From assembly GCA_028866835.1 (NCBI GenBank), contig JAGWHJ010000003.1:1-62670 (forward strand): a DNA stretch of 62,670 nucleotides, read 5' to 3'. Under the pieces are notes generated by a model that made no database searches, was not told the origin of the DNA, and saw only the letters and a list, made by a program, of their open reading frames with translations. The DNA comes from Candidatus Micrarchaeota archaeon. GTDB lineage: Archaea > Micrarchaeota > Micrarchaeia > Micrarchaeales > CABMGC01. Below are positions 40,058 through 50,576 of this stretch, piece after piece. Made by a program: the position numbers and the translations under genes. Every line of letters starts with the position of its first letter. Position 1 is the first letter of the stretch.

Positions 40058-41722
40058 ATGGCTGAAAACCAATTAGGAGGACAACAGTATCTCGTTTTGC
40101 CAGAAGGAGCATCAAGACTTCTTGGAAAGGAGGCCCAGCGAACCAACATCGCAGTGGGCTACGCAGTAGCGAGTGTGGTCAAGACCACGTTGGGGCCGAA
40201 AGGCATGGACAAGATGCTCGTCAGCGAGCTCGGCGACATAGTGATAACCAACGACGGAGCTACTATACTCGAGGAGATGAACGTAGAGCATCCAGTGGCA
40301 AAGATACTTGTGGAGGTTGCAAAGACGCAGGACAAGGAGGTAGGCGACGGCACGACGTCGGCTGTCATAATCGCAGGAGACCTTCTAAGGAACGCGGGCA
40401 ACCTTCTTGACATGGGCATACCTCCCGCAGCGATAATAAGGGGCTACGACATAGCGAGGGAGAAGGCGCTGGAGGCCCTCCAGAACGCAAGCAGCACGGT
40501 GACGATAGACGATTCCGACAAGCTGGAGAAGATCGCAAAGATCTCGATAGGCTCGAAGAACATCGGCAGCGACGCCACTAAGGCCGCGCTGACAAAGCTT
40601 GTCATACAGGCGATAAAGCAGGTTTCCGTGAAGAACGGCAGCAAGGTAACGATAGACAAGGACTTCATAAAGCTCGAGAAGAAGGAGGGCGGCAGCATAG
40701 AAGACACCGCCTTCATCAACGGCGTGCTCATAGACAAGGAGGTCGCACACCCTGGCATGCCCAAGAGCGTAAAGAACGCCGCTATCGCGCTTCTCGACAT
40801 CGCGCTTGAGATAGAGAAGACCGAGACCGACGCAAAGATAGAGATCACATCACCGGAGCAGATGCAGGCCTTCCTGTCGCAGGAAGAGAAGATGCTCAAG
40901 GACATGGCTGACAAGATAGTGAAGAGCAAGGCCAATGTGGTGTTCGTGCAGAAGGGAATAGATGACGTGGCGCAGCACTACCTCGCGAAGGCCGGTGTTA
41001 TGGCTGTTAGGCGCGTAAAGAAGAGCGACATGGAAAAGCTCTCGAAGGCAACGGGCGCAAGAATGATAACAAGCCTTGATGACCTCGACGCAAAGGACCT
41101 TGGATTTGCAGGGCTCGTGGAGGAGCGCAAGATCTCAGGAGAGCAGATGATCTTCGTAGAGAAGTGCAAGGACCCCAAGAGCGTTACGATCTTCATAAGG
41201 GGAGGCACGAAGCAGGCCGCAGACGAGGTGGAGCGTGCCCTCACCGATGTCATAGGCGCCGTATCCAGCGCGATTGAGATCGGCAGGTACGTTACGGGAG
41301 GAGGCAGCACCGAGGTGGAGGTGGCAATGAAGCTCAGGGACATAGCCACGGACATAGGGGGCAGGGAGCAGCTCGCGATACAGGCATTTGCTGACGCTCT
41401 GGAGGTGGTTCCAAAGGCCCTTGCCGACAGTGCCGGCATGGACCCGATAGACACGCTCGTGCAGCTGAGAAGCAAGCACAAGGGCAAGGATGGCAGGATC
41501 TATGGAATAGATGTGTACAAGAACTCAATAAGCGACATGGAGAGGCTCGGCGTGATAGAGCCCCTCAAGGTCAAGGCACAGGCCATATCCAGCGCAACGG
41601 AGGCCTCAGTCTCGATACTGCGCATAGACGACATGATAAGCTCCAAGGGAACAAGGCCTCCTGCAGGAGGCCCTGGAGGCATGGGCGGAATGCCAGGCGG
41701 AATGGGAGGAATGGAGGACTAA
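40058..41722 (+). CDS. ths: Thermosome (group II chaperonin) subunit
   Basis: [30 protein letters not shown]-rich tail. Confidence 0.98.
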   Translation: MAENQLGGQQYLVLPEGASRLLGKEAQRTNIAVGYAVASVVKTTLGPKGMDKMLVSELGDIVITNDGATILEEMNVEHPVAKILVEVAKTQDKEVGDGTTSAVIIAGDLLRNAGNLLDMGIPPAAIIRGYDIAREKALEALQNASSTVTIDDSDKLEKIAKISIGSKNIGSDATKAALTKLVIQAIKQVSVKNGSKVTIDKDFIKLEKKEGGSIEDTAFINGVLIDKEVAHPGMPKSVKNAAIALLDIALEIEKTETDAKIEITSPEQMQAFLSQEEKMLKDMADKIVKSKANVVFVQKGIDDVAQHYLAKAGVMAVRRVKKSDMEKLSKATGARMITSLDDLDAKDLGFAGLVEERKISGEQMIFVEKCKDPKSVTIFIRGGTKQAADEVERALTDVIGAVSSAIEIGRYVTGGGSTEVEVAMKLRDIATDIGGREQLAIQAFADALEVVPKALADSAGMDPIDTLVQLRSKHKGKDGRIYGIDVYKNSISDMERLGVIEPLKVKAQAISSATEASVSILRIDDMISSKGTRPPAGGPGGMGGMPGGMGGMED

Positions 41723-41731
41723 TGTGTTCCA

Positions 41732-42298
41732 ATGCCAAAATTCATAATAACAACCGGAACACCCGGCTCTGGCAAGAGCACTATACTGAAGCAGATAAGT
41801 GACGTGAAGATAGTCAGCTTGGCGGATGAGATGCTCTCTGTAGCGCAGAAGGGGAGCAACGGCCTTACCGACAGGGACAAGCTTAGGTCCTTGAGCGACG
41901 AGGAGATAGTGAAGATAAGGGCAGCCGCCCTGCGCCACATCAACAGCATGAGGGACAACAGCATAATAGACACGCACGCGTCGGTGAAGAAGGGCACAAG
42001 GTACGTCCCGGGGCTAACCATGGACGGCCTCGGAAGCCTGAACCGGGTAGAGGCCATAATCTACATAGACGCCACCGCCGATGAGATAATCAACAGGCGG
42101 AAAAAGGACAAGACACGGGTAAGGGAAGAGGAGAGCAAGGGGGAGATCGAGGAGCAGCGTATAGTCAACATCTCCCTGATCTCGGCGTTCGCCTTCAGTC
42201 TCAGCATACCCATATACATCGTCGACAACAAGGAGGGCAAGGTCGACTTCGCCGTTGCCGAGGTGAAGCGCATAGCTAAGGAGGTATTCGGAAAGTAG
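41732..42298 (+). CDS. adkA: Archaeal adenylate kinase
   Basis: TGTPGSGKST, DRDKLR, IDTH, YVPGL, RRKKDKTRVR. Confidence 0.9.
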   Translation: MPKFIITTGTPGSGKSTILKQISDVKIVSLADEMLSVAQKGSNGLTDRDKLRSLSDEEIVKIRAAALRHINSMRDNSIIDTHASVKKGTRYVPGLTMDGLGSLNRVEAIIYIDATADEIINRRKKDKTRVREEESKGEIEEQRIVNISLISAFAFSLSIPIYIVDNKEGKVDFAVAEVKRIAKEVFGK

Positions 42299-42346
42299 AA
42301 AGTTTAAATATCAAGCCAGCCATATTATATTTACAGGGTATAAGTC

Positions 42347-42817
42347 ATGTTTCCAATAAGCCCGATTCTTATAGGCCTTATCTGCTTTGCCATAGCCTAT
42401 TCCATATTCTCTGTCATGATGCAGCGCAGGCTCGCAAACATGCCGCGTGTGAGCGAGCTCCAGAGGAACATGAAGACCAAGATGGATGAGTACAAAACCA
42501 AGGCAAAGGGCAGCGCCTCAAACGACGAGCTCTCGAAGATACAGAGCGAGCTAGGCGCGATAAGCTCCGAGCTCATGAAGCACCAGCTAAAGCCGATGCT
42601 TGTCATATTCCCCGTGTTCATAGTGGTATTCTACTTCTTCCTGCCAGCCATATTCCCTCCGCAGACGGCAGTAACGCTGTTCTCGTATCCCCTTTCATAC
42701 AGGAGCACATTCGTTGTAGTAGCTGCGGTGCTCGGAATTGCGCTGTCTTCCACCCTTATGCTCAGAGACAGGAGAAAGTACAAGAAGACTGCACCAGCCG
42801 CGAGCTCCAACGCCTAA
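42347..42817 (+). CDS. DUF106 / EMC3-TMCO1 (Oxa1 superfamily) membrane protein
   Basis: TM-coiled coil-TM-TM layout with LKPML; canonical position between adk and rpl34e. Confidence 0.88.
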   Translation: MFPISPILIGLICFAIAYSIFSVMMQRRLANMPRVSELQRNMKTKMDEYKTKAKGSASNDELSKIQSELGAISSELMKHQLKPMLVIFPVFIVVFYFFLPAIFPPQTAVTLFSYPLSYRSTFVVVAAVLGIALSSTLMLRDRRKYKKTAPAASSNA

Positions 42818-42937
42818 TAATAACGCCCGAAAAACCCGGTTCAGGCGCGCTACCATAACAAATAAATACGTTGTTAACACTAATCTTAACCATATTTCTG
42901 ATAGTTTAAGAGACGCCCAGTATTTAAAGGTGCTAAA

Positions 42938-43264
42938 TTGCCAAAACCAATGCATAGATCAAGGAGCCTGAGGAAGCTTGACAGGGTCACTCCCAAGGAC
43001 AGGCATGTGATCCACTACAAGCGAAGGCCGGGCTCGCTGCCCATATGCGCCATCTGCAAGTCTGAGCTCAACGGCATAAGCAACGCCAGCAACAAGAAGG
43101 GCAGGACCACGGCAACCAATTCAAGGCTCTTCGGCGGCGTCCTTTGCGCCAGATGCGCGGCCAATATAATAACGCTTGCAAGCAGGATAGAGTACGGGGA
43201 GATGAAGCTCAACGACATAAGCATCGTGGAGCGCGCCTACGTCCTGCAGATGATATCGCATTGA
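42938..43264 (+). CDS. rpl34e: 50S ribosomal protein L34e
   Basis: RVTP...HY, CAIC, RLFGGVLCARC. Confidence 0.92.
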   Translation: MPKPMHRSRSLRKLDRVTPKDRHVIHYKRRPGSLPICAICKSELNGISNASNKKGRTTATNSRLFGGVLCARCAANIITLASRIEYGEMKLNDISIVERAYVLQMISH

Positions 43265-43280
43265 ACACAGGCTAATCATT

Positions 43281-43838
43281 ATGAAGGCAATCATCATATC
43301 GGGAATGCCCGCAGCGGGCAAAACCACCGTGGCGAACCTGCTGGGCAAGGCCCTGGGCATCAGGGTCGTTGGCATGGGCGATATCCTTAAGGAGATGGCA
43401 AGGGAGCGCGGCTACATAGTTACCGGAGAAGACTGGTGGGATACTCCCCCTGGCATAAAGTTCCTCAAGGAAAGGGAGGGCAATCCAGAACTAGACAAGG
43501 AGGCGGACCACAAGCTCATCCACCTAATAGAGACCGGCGACATAATACTTACAAGCTGGACTGCGCCATGGATAGCCCAGGACGGCTACAAGATCTGGCT
43601 CGATGCTAATGCAGAGAACCGCGCCGAGCGGATGGCGAAGCGCGACAACACGAAGCTGAGCCAGGCGATAAAGACCACGAAGGTGAGGGACGAGGAGAAC
43701 TACAAGCTCTACAAGCGCCTCTACCATTTCGAGCTCGGCAGGGACAAGAGCCCATTCGACCTTGTCATCAACACCAACAGCATACCTCCTGAAGAAGTCA
43801 CACAGATAATAATAAAGCACATAAAATCCAAAGAGTGA
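43281..43838 (+). CDS. cmk: Cytidylate kinase (archaeal type)
   Basis: ISGMPAAGKTT, RAERMAKRD, YKRLY, FDLVINT. Confidence 0.9.
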   Translation: MKAIIISGMPAAGKTTVANLLGKALGIRVVGMGDILKEMARERGYIVTGEDWWDTPPGIKFLKEREGNPELDKEADHKLIHLIETGDIILTSWTAPWIAQDGYKIWLDANAENRAERMAKRDNTKLSQAIKTTKVRDEENYKLYKRLYHFELGRDKSPFDLVINTNSIPPEEVTQIIIKHIKSKE

Positions 43839-43843
43839 TTCGC

Positions 43844-44125
43844 ATGCCATTGATAGAAGAAGGAAGGATCTGCATAAAGAAGCTCGGAAGGGACGCGGGC
43901 AGCAAGGCCGTTGTCACAAAGGTGATAGACAGCAACTTCGTCAGCATAATGACGTCATCCAGGCTGAAGGAGAGGAGGTGCAACATCAAGCACCTCGAAT
44001 TTCTCTCGGAGAAGGTCGACCCTAAGGACAAGGCAAAGCTCGCACAAACCCTCGAGATAGACGAGCAGAAGCTCTCAAGGCCACCGGCCGCTTCAAAGCC
44101 CCAGACCAAGGGCAAACCGGCGTAG
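43844..44125 (+). CDS. rpl14e: 50S ribosomal protein L14e
   Basis: EGRICIKKLGRDAG, RRCNIKHLE. Confidence 0.93.
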   Translation: MPLIEEGRICIKKLGRDAGSKAVVTKVIDSNFVSIMTSSRLKERRCNIKHLEFLSEKVDPKDKAKLAQTLEIDEQKLSRPPAASKPQTKGKPA

Positions 44126-44136
44126 GCTATTCTTGG

Positions 44137-44715
44137 GTGAGATGGTTGGTACTGCTGATCACCGCCCTTGAAATAATACTTGTCGTACTTGCAGGAGTGC
44201 TGGTCATAATATACAACACTCTAGTCTCGCTGAGAAACAACGTGAGCAAGGCCTGGGCCAATATCGACGTCCTCCTAGAGAAAAGGCACGACCTTATAGG
44301 GAGGCTCGTGGAAACCGTAAAGGGCTATATGAATTACGAGAGAAGCCTCCTGGTCCAGATAACCGCGATGAGGACCTCATGGTCAAACGTGCAGCAGGAT
44401 CGGGATCCGCAGAACAAGATGAAAGCGTCGAACCAGATAACCGCAGCGCTCAAGACCGTCATTGCCAATCGGGAGAACTACCCCGACCTGAAGACCGACA
44501 ACACATTCATCGAGCTAATGCAGGCCCTTACAGAGATAGAGGACCAGATAGCCGACAGAAGGGAGTTCTACAACGATACGGTTAACATATACAACACGAA
44601 GATAAAGGTGATCCCCTACAACCTGCTCTCCGGTGCACTCCATTACGCACCGCTCCAGTACTTCAGCGCCCCCGATCAGGACAGAAAGCAGGTCGACGTC
44701 GATTTAGGCAGGTGA
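44137..44715 (+). CDS. lemA: LemA family protein
   Basis: YNTLV, AWANIDVLLEKRHDLI, ENYPDLK, RREFYND. Confidence 0.93.
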   Translation: MRWLVLLITALEIILVVLAGVLVIIYNTLVSLRNNVSKAWANIDVLLEKRHDLIGRLVETVKGYMNYERSLLVQITAMRTSWSNVQQDRDPQNKMKASNQITAALKTVIANRENYPDLKTDNTFIELMQALTEIEDQIADRREFYNDTVNIYNTKIKVIPYNLLSGALHYAPLQYFSAPDQDRKQVDVDLGR

Positions 44716-44719
44716 CTTA

Positions 44720-45691
44720 ATGGCAATGCCTTATTCAGATGACGGCAGTGTAGCTATAAACAAGGCTGCCCTTACCTCCACTAACAGCAAATTCCTCTCT
44801 GGATTCGATGCGCCAAAGCGGAAGATCAACGTTATTGCCAGGCTCATAGTAGGCGCAATCATACTTATCCTAATAGTCTTCTTCGGATTCCATTCCCTAC
44901 CAATTGCAGCCGCCATACTCGCGGTTTTGGGTATACTGCTGATACTTTACGGCTGGAGGCAGTTTTCACTTATGCAGCAGGTGGAAGGCACCCCTGCCAC
45001 TAAGATAGAGGGTGCTGCTGAAGGTCTCAATGAAATATACGGTGTATTCATTCCGGAAAGCGCAAAACCGCTTAAAAGCCCTCTCTCCGGAAGCGAATGC
45101 GTATACTGCCAGCTGGACCTGCAGCAGCTTGTGCACACCAAGAACGGAAGCTACTGGTCAACGATCAGGTCCTATGGCTATGGCGTCCCCTCCCTGTTCA
45201 CTGACAATACCGGATATCTAGCAGTAGATCTGCCAGATTCTGACATATCCATACGGCAGTCAGAGAGGCAATACATAGTCGATGGCGAAGGGAAGGCGGT
45301 ATTCGTGAGAGACACCATAACCAAGAACCTCATTGATTACCTGTCCGGCCCTGGCAAGGCCCTCCCGGACCTCTCCGCCTCAGGGGCATACTTTGCCCCT
45401 GCGGCCCGCTTCAAGTTCGAGCTCTTCGGAGGGGACCAGGTGTCACTTGTCGAATCGTACATACCGACCGGGACGCAGTATTTTGCAATGGGCAGGGTTA
45501 GCGGCACTTCCTCGTCAATAGGGGGGAAAGCCGTAAAACTCATGACGGTGGACCCGAACAGCGGGATACTCACCGTAAGGCAGGAAAGCAAGATAATGAT
45601 AGAGGTGTTTGACAAGCTGCAATCGATATTCGAGCTTTCGCTTGGGATACTGTTCCTTCTGGGTGGCCTGGCCTACCTAGGGTTCGCATGA
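44720..45691 (+). CDS. GIDE-domain-like membrane protein
   Basis: TM helices, TPATKI...GLNEIYG, PLKSPLSGSECVY, WSTI, DNTG, C-terminal TM; follows lemA. Confidence 0.7.
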   Translation: MAMPYSDDGSVAINKAALTSTNSKFLSGFDAPKRKINVIARLIVGAIILILIVFFGFHSLPIAAAILAVLGILLILYGWRQFSLMQQVEGTPATKIEGAAEGLNEIYGVFIPESAKPLKSPLSGSECVYCQLDLQQLVHTKNGSYWSTIRSYGYGVPSLFTDNTGYLAVDLPDSDISIRQSERQYIVDGEGKAVFVRDTITKNLIDYLSGPGKALPDLSASGAYFAPAARFKFELFGGDQVSLVESYIPTGTQYFAMGRVSGTSSSIGGKAVKLMTVDPNSGILTVRQESKIMIEVFDKLQSIFELSLGILFLLGGLAYLGFA

Positions 45692-45733
45692 TAACGCGCC
45701 ACCAGAAGCATGCCATAGAAAGCGTTATTTATT

Positions 45734-47086
45734 TTGGCATGCCTGAATTATTGGGATGGTTCAACGAGAGTTAATGTAACAAAGAAGATAAGCGACATCA
45801 TAGCAAGGGACAAGAAAGTAATAATGACGACAACAAGGAGCGAAATCCCGTTTGTCCCCGCAAAGGGCGATGGGGATTTCATATATGATGTCTCCGGAAA
45901 CAAGTTCATAGACTTCTCCTCATTCATTGCCGTGTACAATCTAGGAGTAAATTCGAGCAAGGCGGTTCACAATGCAATAACCTCGCAGGCCGGAAGGCTC
46001 ATGCATTCCGCGTTCACCGATTTCTACGCGGAGCCGCCTGTAAGGTTTGCAGAGAACCTTCTTACAATGTTCCCGAAAGGGTTCGGCAGGGTTTTCTATT
46101 CCAACTCTGGCACGGAAGCTAACGAAGCCGCGCTAAAGTTCTCAAAGCTATTCACAAAGAGGCAGTATGTGCTGTCTTTCTACAATTCCTTCCATGGGAG
46201 GACATACGGCTCGCTTTCGATGACGTCATCGAGGACGGTCCAGCGCGAGCATTTCGGCCCGTTCAACTCTGCAGTGCACGCACCCTACGCATACTGTTAT
46301 AGGTGCCCTTTCGGCCAGGAATATCCCTCCTGCGGGATGGCCTGCGTGGACTACATCAAGAAGTACCCGCTTTCAAAGGACGTCTCCCCGAAGGAGGTCG
46401 CTGCGATATTCGTCGAGCCTATACAGGGAGAAGGAGGCTACGTCGTCCCGCCAAAGGAGTTCATCGCGGGCCTCAGGGAGATTGCAAGCGACAACGGGAT
46501 GGCCCTGGTCTCAGACGAGGTCCAGGCGGGCTACCTGCGTGCAGGGAAGTTCCTCTGCATGGATAATTTCGGCGTCGAAGCCGACATTTACACCATGGCA
46601 AAGGCGGTAGGCGCAGGTCTTCCGATTGGAGTGACAGTCACCCGCAGCTCCCTTGGCAGCATCCGCGCCGGAGCCCATGCCAACACATTCGGCGGGAATC
46701 TCGTCTCCATAGCTGCGGCTGAGGCGCAACTCACCTATGTGAAGAACAACCTCAGGCACCTCGAGGCAGAATCCAGGCAAAAAGGCAGGCACGCAATGAA
46801 AAGGCTTGAAGAGATGAAGGAAAGGTACGAGCTGATCGGGGATGTGCGCGGCATCGCGCTGATGATAGGCATGGAGCTTGTAAAGAGCAAGAAGACGAAG
46901 GAGCCGGCGGCAAGCGAGCGCGACAGGGTGATCAGGCAGTGCTTTGAGAACGGCCTGATACTGCTGCCTGCAGGCGATTCTTCCATAAGGATAATACCGC
47001 CGATAACTGTTTCGCAGCAGAGCCTGGACCGCGGCCTTTCGATACTTGAGGAAGCCATAAGTTCCGTGAACAAAAGCGTTGGCTAG
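45734..47086 (+). CDS. Class III PLP aminotransferase (ornithine/4-aminobutyrate type); start uncertain
   Basis: NSGTEANEAA, SFHGRT, EPIQGEGGY, DEVQAG, AKA (PLP Lys), NTFGGN. Confidence 0.92.
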   Translation: MACLNYWDGSTRVNVTKKISDIIARDKKVIMTTTRSEIPFVPAKGDGDFIYDVSGNKFIDFSSFIAVYNLGVNSSKAVHNAITSQAGRLMHSAFTDFYAEPPVRFAENLLTMFPKGFGRVFYSNSGTEANEAALKFSKLFTKRQYVLSFYNSFHGRTYGSLSMTSSRTVQREHFGPFNSAVHAPYAYCYRCPFGQEYPSCGMACVDYIKKYPLSKDVSPKEVAAIFVEPIQGEGGYVVPPKEFIAGLREIASDNGMALVSDEVQAGYLRAGKFLCMDNFGVEADIYTMAKAVGAGLPIGVTVTRSSLGSIRAGAHANTFGGNLVSIAAAEAQLTYVKNNLRHLEAESRQKGRHAMKRLEEMKERYELIGDVRGIALMIGMELVKSKKTKEPAASERDRVIRQCFENGLILLPAGDSSIRIIPPITVSQQSLDRGLSILEEAISSVNKSVG

Positions 47087-50000
47087 ACGTACTTGAGCAG
47101 GCTGAACTGCCCCTCAGTGGCGCTGTCCGCCTGCGCCTTCGCGTCCATGAATATCGCATCTATCTCCTCCTTTATCAGGTAGAGGCGCTGCCTTATGTAG
47201 TCCTCCAGCGAATACCTCTCCGCAAGCGCGATGGCGACGGCGAGGTACTTTTCGATGCTGCCCTTGGAGATCGTGAGGAGCAGCTTGCCGCCGCATCGCG
47301 CGCACTTCCCGATGAGCGGCATCCTCCTGTATTTGGAGTTGCAGTTGGAGCACCTGAAGATCTGCTTTGAGAACGAGTGGAGGTTGCCTATGAGATCGGG
47401 AATAAAGTGGCTCATTATGACCTTCTTCGCGACGTCACGCTTGTTTACTGCGTCTATCTTGTCTATCAGCAGGAACTCAGCGTCCAGCTTCTGCTGCATG
47501 GTCTTCAGCTGGGTGTAGGTGCTGTGCTTCGGAGAATCAGCGACAGAGTGCCATGAGGATTGGTGGGTGAACCCGATATTCGAGTATACAGAATCTGTGC
47601 CAAGCCTGTTCTCGACGAGCTCAAGCTTTACTTCGGAGGGCGGCGCGGATTCGAAGGTCCTGTTGTAGAAGTCCATATTGTACGCCGTCACCACCTCCAT
47701 CGCATGGACCTCGTCGTCGACCTCCTGCGGGTTCACGTTGATCGTGAGTATGAGAGGCGTGTCCATCGTGCCACCTACCGTATTTGGAAGGTAGTCCCTC
47801 GAGAAGTTTATCAGCGCATCCAGCAGGAGCATGGTTGTATCCTCGTCACCGTCGCAGTTCCTTCTTCTTGCCGATATTATGTAGGGGTGCGCAAAGCCAA
47901 CGCTCGCGTCGGTAAAACCTATTATCCTATTGAGCACGCCGCAGGATGTGTGCGGCGAGAGCGTTATCACCAGCTTGCCGACCATGTCGTTCACCTCTGC
48001 TGCGTTGTAGAATGGTGGCAGTTTGTAGAACTTCGCGAGCAGGTCATCGATGAAAAGGGCAACGCGGAGCATGTAGTCAGCGCCGCGCCTGTTGAGTATC
48101 ACATCCTGGTGCATAAGCTCCACAAGCTGCGTATCGTCAGTAAGCTCATTCCCCATGTAATCCTTGGTGTAACCCAGCTGCCTGAGCCTCTCCACGCTCA
48201 CGCCTATCTCCATAGGATAGAAGTGCGTTATCGGCACATCGGTGGCATCGAATCTCGAGGTCCCGTCCTTGAATATGTATATGCCTCTGTTGCCCCTCAA
48301 TATGCCCTTCTCTAGTGGCTCAACGTTCTTGTCGACATTGGTGAGGCCCTTCACGCCCTTTATCACCTGTGGCAGTTTGTTTTCGCCGATCATGCCAAGC
48401 GCAGCAGTCACGAGCTTTACGATGTTGACGTTCCTTTTTTCGTATCCTACCGTTTCTTTTCCGCAGCGCACGCATATCTTCTCTAGGCTTGCGCTGTTGC
48501 AATTAGGGCAGTACCTTTCCACGAAGCCTGGCATCCTGCATTCATAGCAATAGTTTGAAGGGAGTATCTTCCTGCAGGTCCTGCACTTGTATCTTGCTAT
48601 CTCGAGCACCATCTCCGCATTGAACCTCCTGGACCCGTAGGCGTATGCGCTTGCTATGCTCCTCTCCTTGCCCCCATACTCGGATATAGGGAAGAGGACG
48701 TTCGGTGCAGGCTTCATCAGCCTCTCCTTCGCCTTCTCGGGCCTTCCGACCCTTGCGGCTATGTATGTTGACTTCTTAGGTACCTGGAAAGGGGAGAACG
48801 CATTCACAGCGGCAAGGGCATCTTCCGTGCCCATGTCATATTTTTTCTCTTCAAACTTCAATCGGTTGCCTGGCTTTGACACGAAGCCCATCTGGGCTGA
48901 CAGCGCCTGCGCATGCTCGCCGTCTATCACTATCCTGCCGTCCTCACCAATCCTGTGCGGCACGTTGATCAGTTCAAGCGCCCTCTTGACTTCGGGATCG
49001 CTTTCAATGGAAAGCGCCTCAAGGTCGAATAGCAGTTCGCCCCCCGTTTTACTGCCTCTCAAGAGCGCCGCCGAGAGCCTCGCAAGCGCGTCGGTCTTTA
49101 TCGCCTGGAATTCGTAGAGGAATTTCGGATGTATCGGTATTCCCTGTGCCATTGAGATTTCATACGCTTCCCTGAAGCCTATGCCCACATGATCGACCTC
49201 CTTCTCGTACCCTGAGTTCTTCAGCTGCAGGCTCCAGAGTTCCTCTACATAGCTGCTAGGCTTGAGGAGCGAATTGGGCTTCTTGAAGTCCCCATATGCT
49301 ATCAATATGTCTCCAAGCGCGATTATCTCGGAGATCTGGTCCTTGAACTTCATTGCCATCTCGGAGTTGTTTAGCCGCAGGCACTCGCCTGATTTCAGCT
49401 TCACGAAAGGCCCCTCGATGGTATCCACGGGCATGGCTATGCAGCCCTTTCCGGGGCTTTCCATCTTAAGCTGGGTGCCTACCGCTATGAAGCCGTCGAG
49501 CGTGATCATCGTTGCCGGATTGAATCCCTTCGCTGCGATTCCCGTGAACCTGCTCCTTCCGTACCGGAGCCTGAACCCGCCGTAGTAATTAGGGTAAGAA
49601 AGTATGGGCCTTCCAGCGACAAGCTCCTCAAGGAAAGACGAATCCGATTTAGTCGGCTCAACCTTTTTTATCTCCACCTTTATCACCTTGTTGAGCCATT
49701 CCCAGTCAAGACCTACCGATTTTGTCTCCTTGACTATCTTCTTCGCCTTCTGCGCGATGCCCTCGCAAACGACCAATGCAATGCCTCCACGAACCCTGTT
49801 AGTTATCAGTATCTCCTTTCCGTCCGGCCCTAACCTCTTGAGGTTTCCATGGACGCTCACCTCTATCGTCTCCGTCGGCACGCCGTCTATGCATATCGGG
49901 CAGTTCCCAACGATGGTCCTTATATCGTCGTCGCTTGGCTTGTATTGCAGCCTTGCTGCCCTGGTGTGATAGAGCTCCGCCTCCTCAACATATCTCTCTA

Positions 50001-50523
50001 TCTCGTCCGCGCTTGGCTTGTATATGTCGATCTTGAATATCTTCCTCGCGTAGTCCGCAAGCGCAACCGAAAGCGCAGCGGCAGTTCCCCCCGCGCCTCT
50101 TATCGGGCCTGCATACGATACCGCCAGATAATCCGATCCATCGGCGTTCTTGTACCTCCTTACGCCGCTTATGCCTTCCGTAGGCGCCACAAGTATACCC
50201 TCGGTCAGGATCGCGGTCCCTACCCGTACGGCGAGATCTATCCTCTTTACAGTCTCGTAGCCGTCAAAGTCTGGGCTCTTGCATATCTCGTCCACTACGT
50301 TGAAAGCGAGCTTGTTCCTAGACTGGCCCTTGGAGAGGCCCCTTATCCTCTCAGCAATGCCGTTCACGTTCATCAGGCCTTCGACCCTGCTCGGAAGGTC
50401 CGGCGCAGGCTTTATCTCAACGTAGTTCTTCGGGTCCATGTTCAGGGCTCTTGCCTTCTTCGCGACTTCGTAGGCCCTGTCGAAATCCTTGCCTATAGAA
50501 GAAAAGTATTCTTTTATCTCCAT
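47083..50523 (-). CDS. polC: DNA polymerase D large subunit DP2
   Basis: YAGPIRGAGGTA, GGFRLRYGRSR, GRPEKAKER, RRNCDGDED, C-terminal Zn fingers. No intein seen. Confidence 0.97.
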   Translation of the reverse strand: MEIKEYFSSIGKDFDRAYEVAKKARALNMDPKNYVEIKPAPDLPSRVEGLMNVNGIAERIRGLSKGQSRNKLAFNVVDEICKSPDFDGYETVKRIDLAVRVGTAILTEGILVAPTEGISGVRRYKNADGSDYLAVSYAGPIRGAGGTAAALSVALADYARKIFKIDIYKPSADEIERYVEEAELYHTRAARLQYKPSDDDIRTIVGNCPICIDGVPTETIEVSVHGNLKRLGPDGKEILITNRVRGGIALVVCEGIAQKAKKIVKETKSVGLDWEWLNKVIKVEIKKVEPTKSDSSFLEELVAGRPILSYPNYYGGFRLRYGRSRFTGIAAKGFNPATMITLDGFIAVGTQLKMESPGKGCIAMPVDTIEGPFVKLKSGECLRLNNSEMAMKFKDQISEIIALGDILIAYGDFKKPNSLLKPSSYVEELWSLQLKNSGYEKEVDHVGIGFREAYEISMAQGIPIHPKFLYEFQAIKTDALARLSAALLRGSKTGGELLFDLEALSIESDPEVKRALELINVPHRIGEDGRIVIDGEHAQALSAQMGFVSKPGNRLKFEEKKYDMGTEDALAAVNAFSPFQVPKKSTYIAARVGRPEKAKERLMKPAPNVLFPISEYGGKERSIASAYAYGSRRFNAEMVLEIARYKCRTCRKILPSNYCYECRMPGFVERYCPNCNSASLEKICVRCGKETVGYEKRNVNIVKLVTAALGMIGENKLPQVIKGVKGLTNVDKNVEPLEKGILRGNRGIYIFKDGTSRFDATDVPITHFYPMEIGVSVERLRQLGYTKDYMGNELTDDTQLVELMHQDVILNRRGADYMLRVALFIDDLLAKFYKLPPFYNAAEVNDMVGKLVITLSPHTSCGVLNRIIGFTDASVGFAHPYIISARRRNCDGDEDTTMLLLDALINFSRDYLPNTVGGTMDTPLILTINVNPQEVDDEVHAMEVVTAYNMDFYNRTFESAPPSEVKLELVENRLGTDSVYSNIGFTHQSSWHSVADSPKHSTYTQLKTMQQKLDAEFLLIDKIDAVNKRDVAKKVIMSHFIPDLIGNLHSFSKQIFRCSNCNSKYRRMPLIGKCARCGGKLLLTISKGSIEKYLAVAIALAERYSLEDYIRQRLYLIKEEIDAIFMDAKAQADSATEGQFSLLKYV

Positions 50524-50576
50524 ACAACCACCGGAAGGAAAGAGCAAGATATCTCTGCGTCTCGCAAATATTTATA

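Noticed and set aside
41660..41720. GGC/GGA-ATG short repeats
   Set aside because: They encode the normal GGM tail of the thermosome.
47083..50523. Inteins in DP2 (also checked GyrA, GyrB, Cdc6, Lhr)
   Set aside because: Protein lengths are normal and no insertions or splice motifs were seen.
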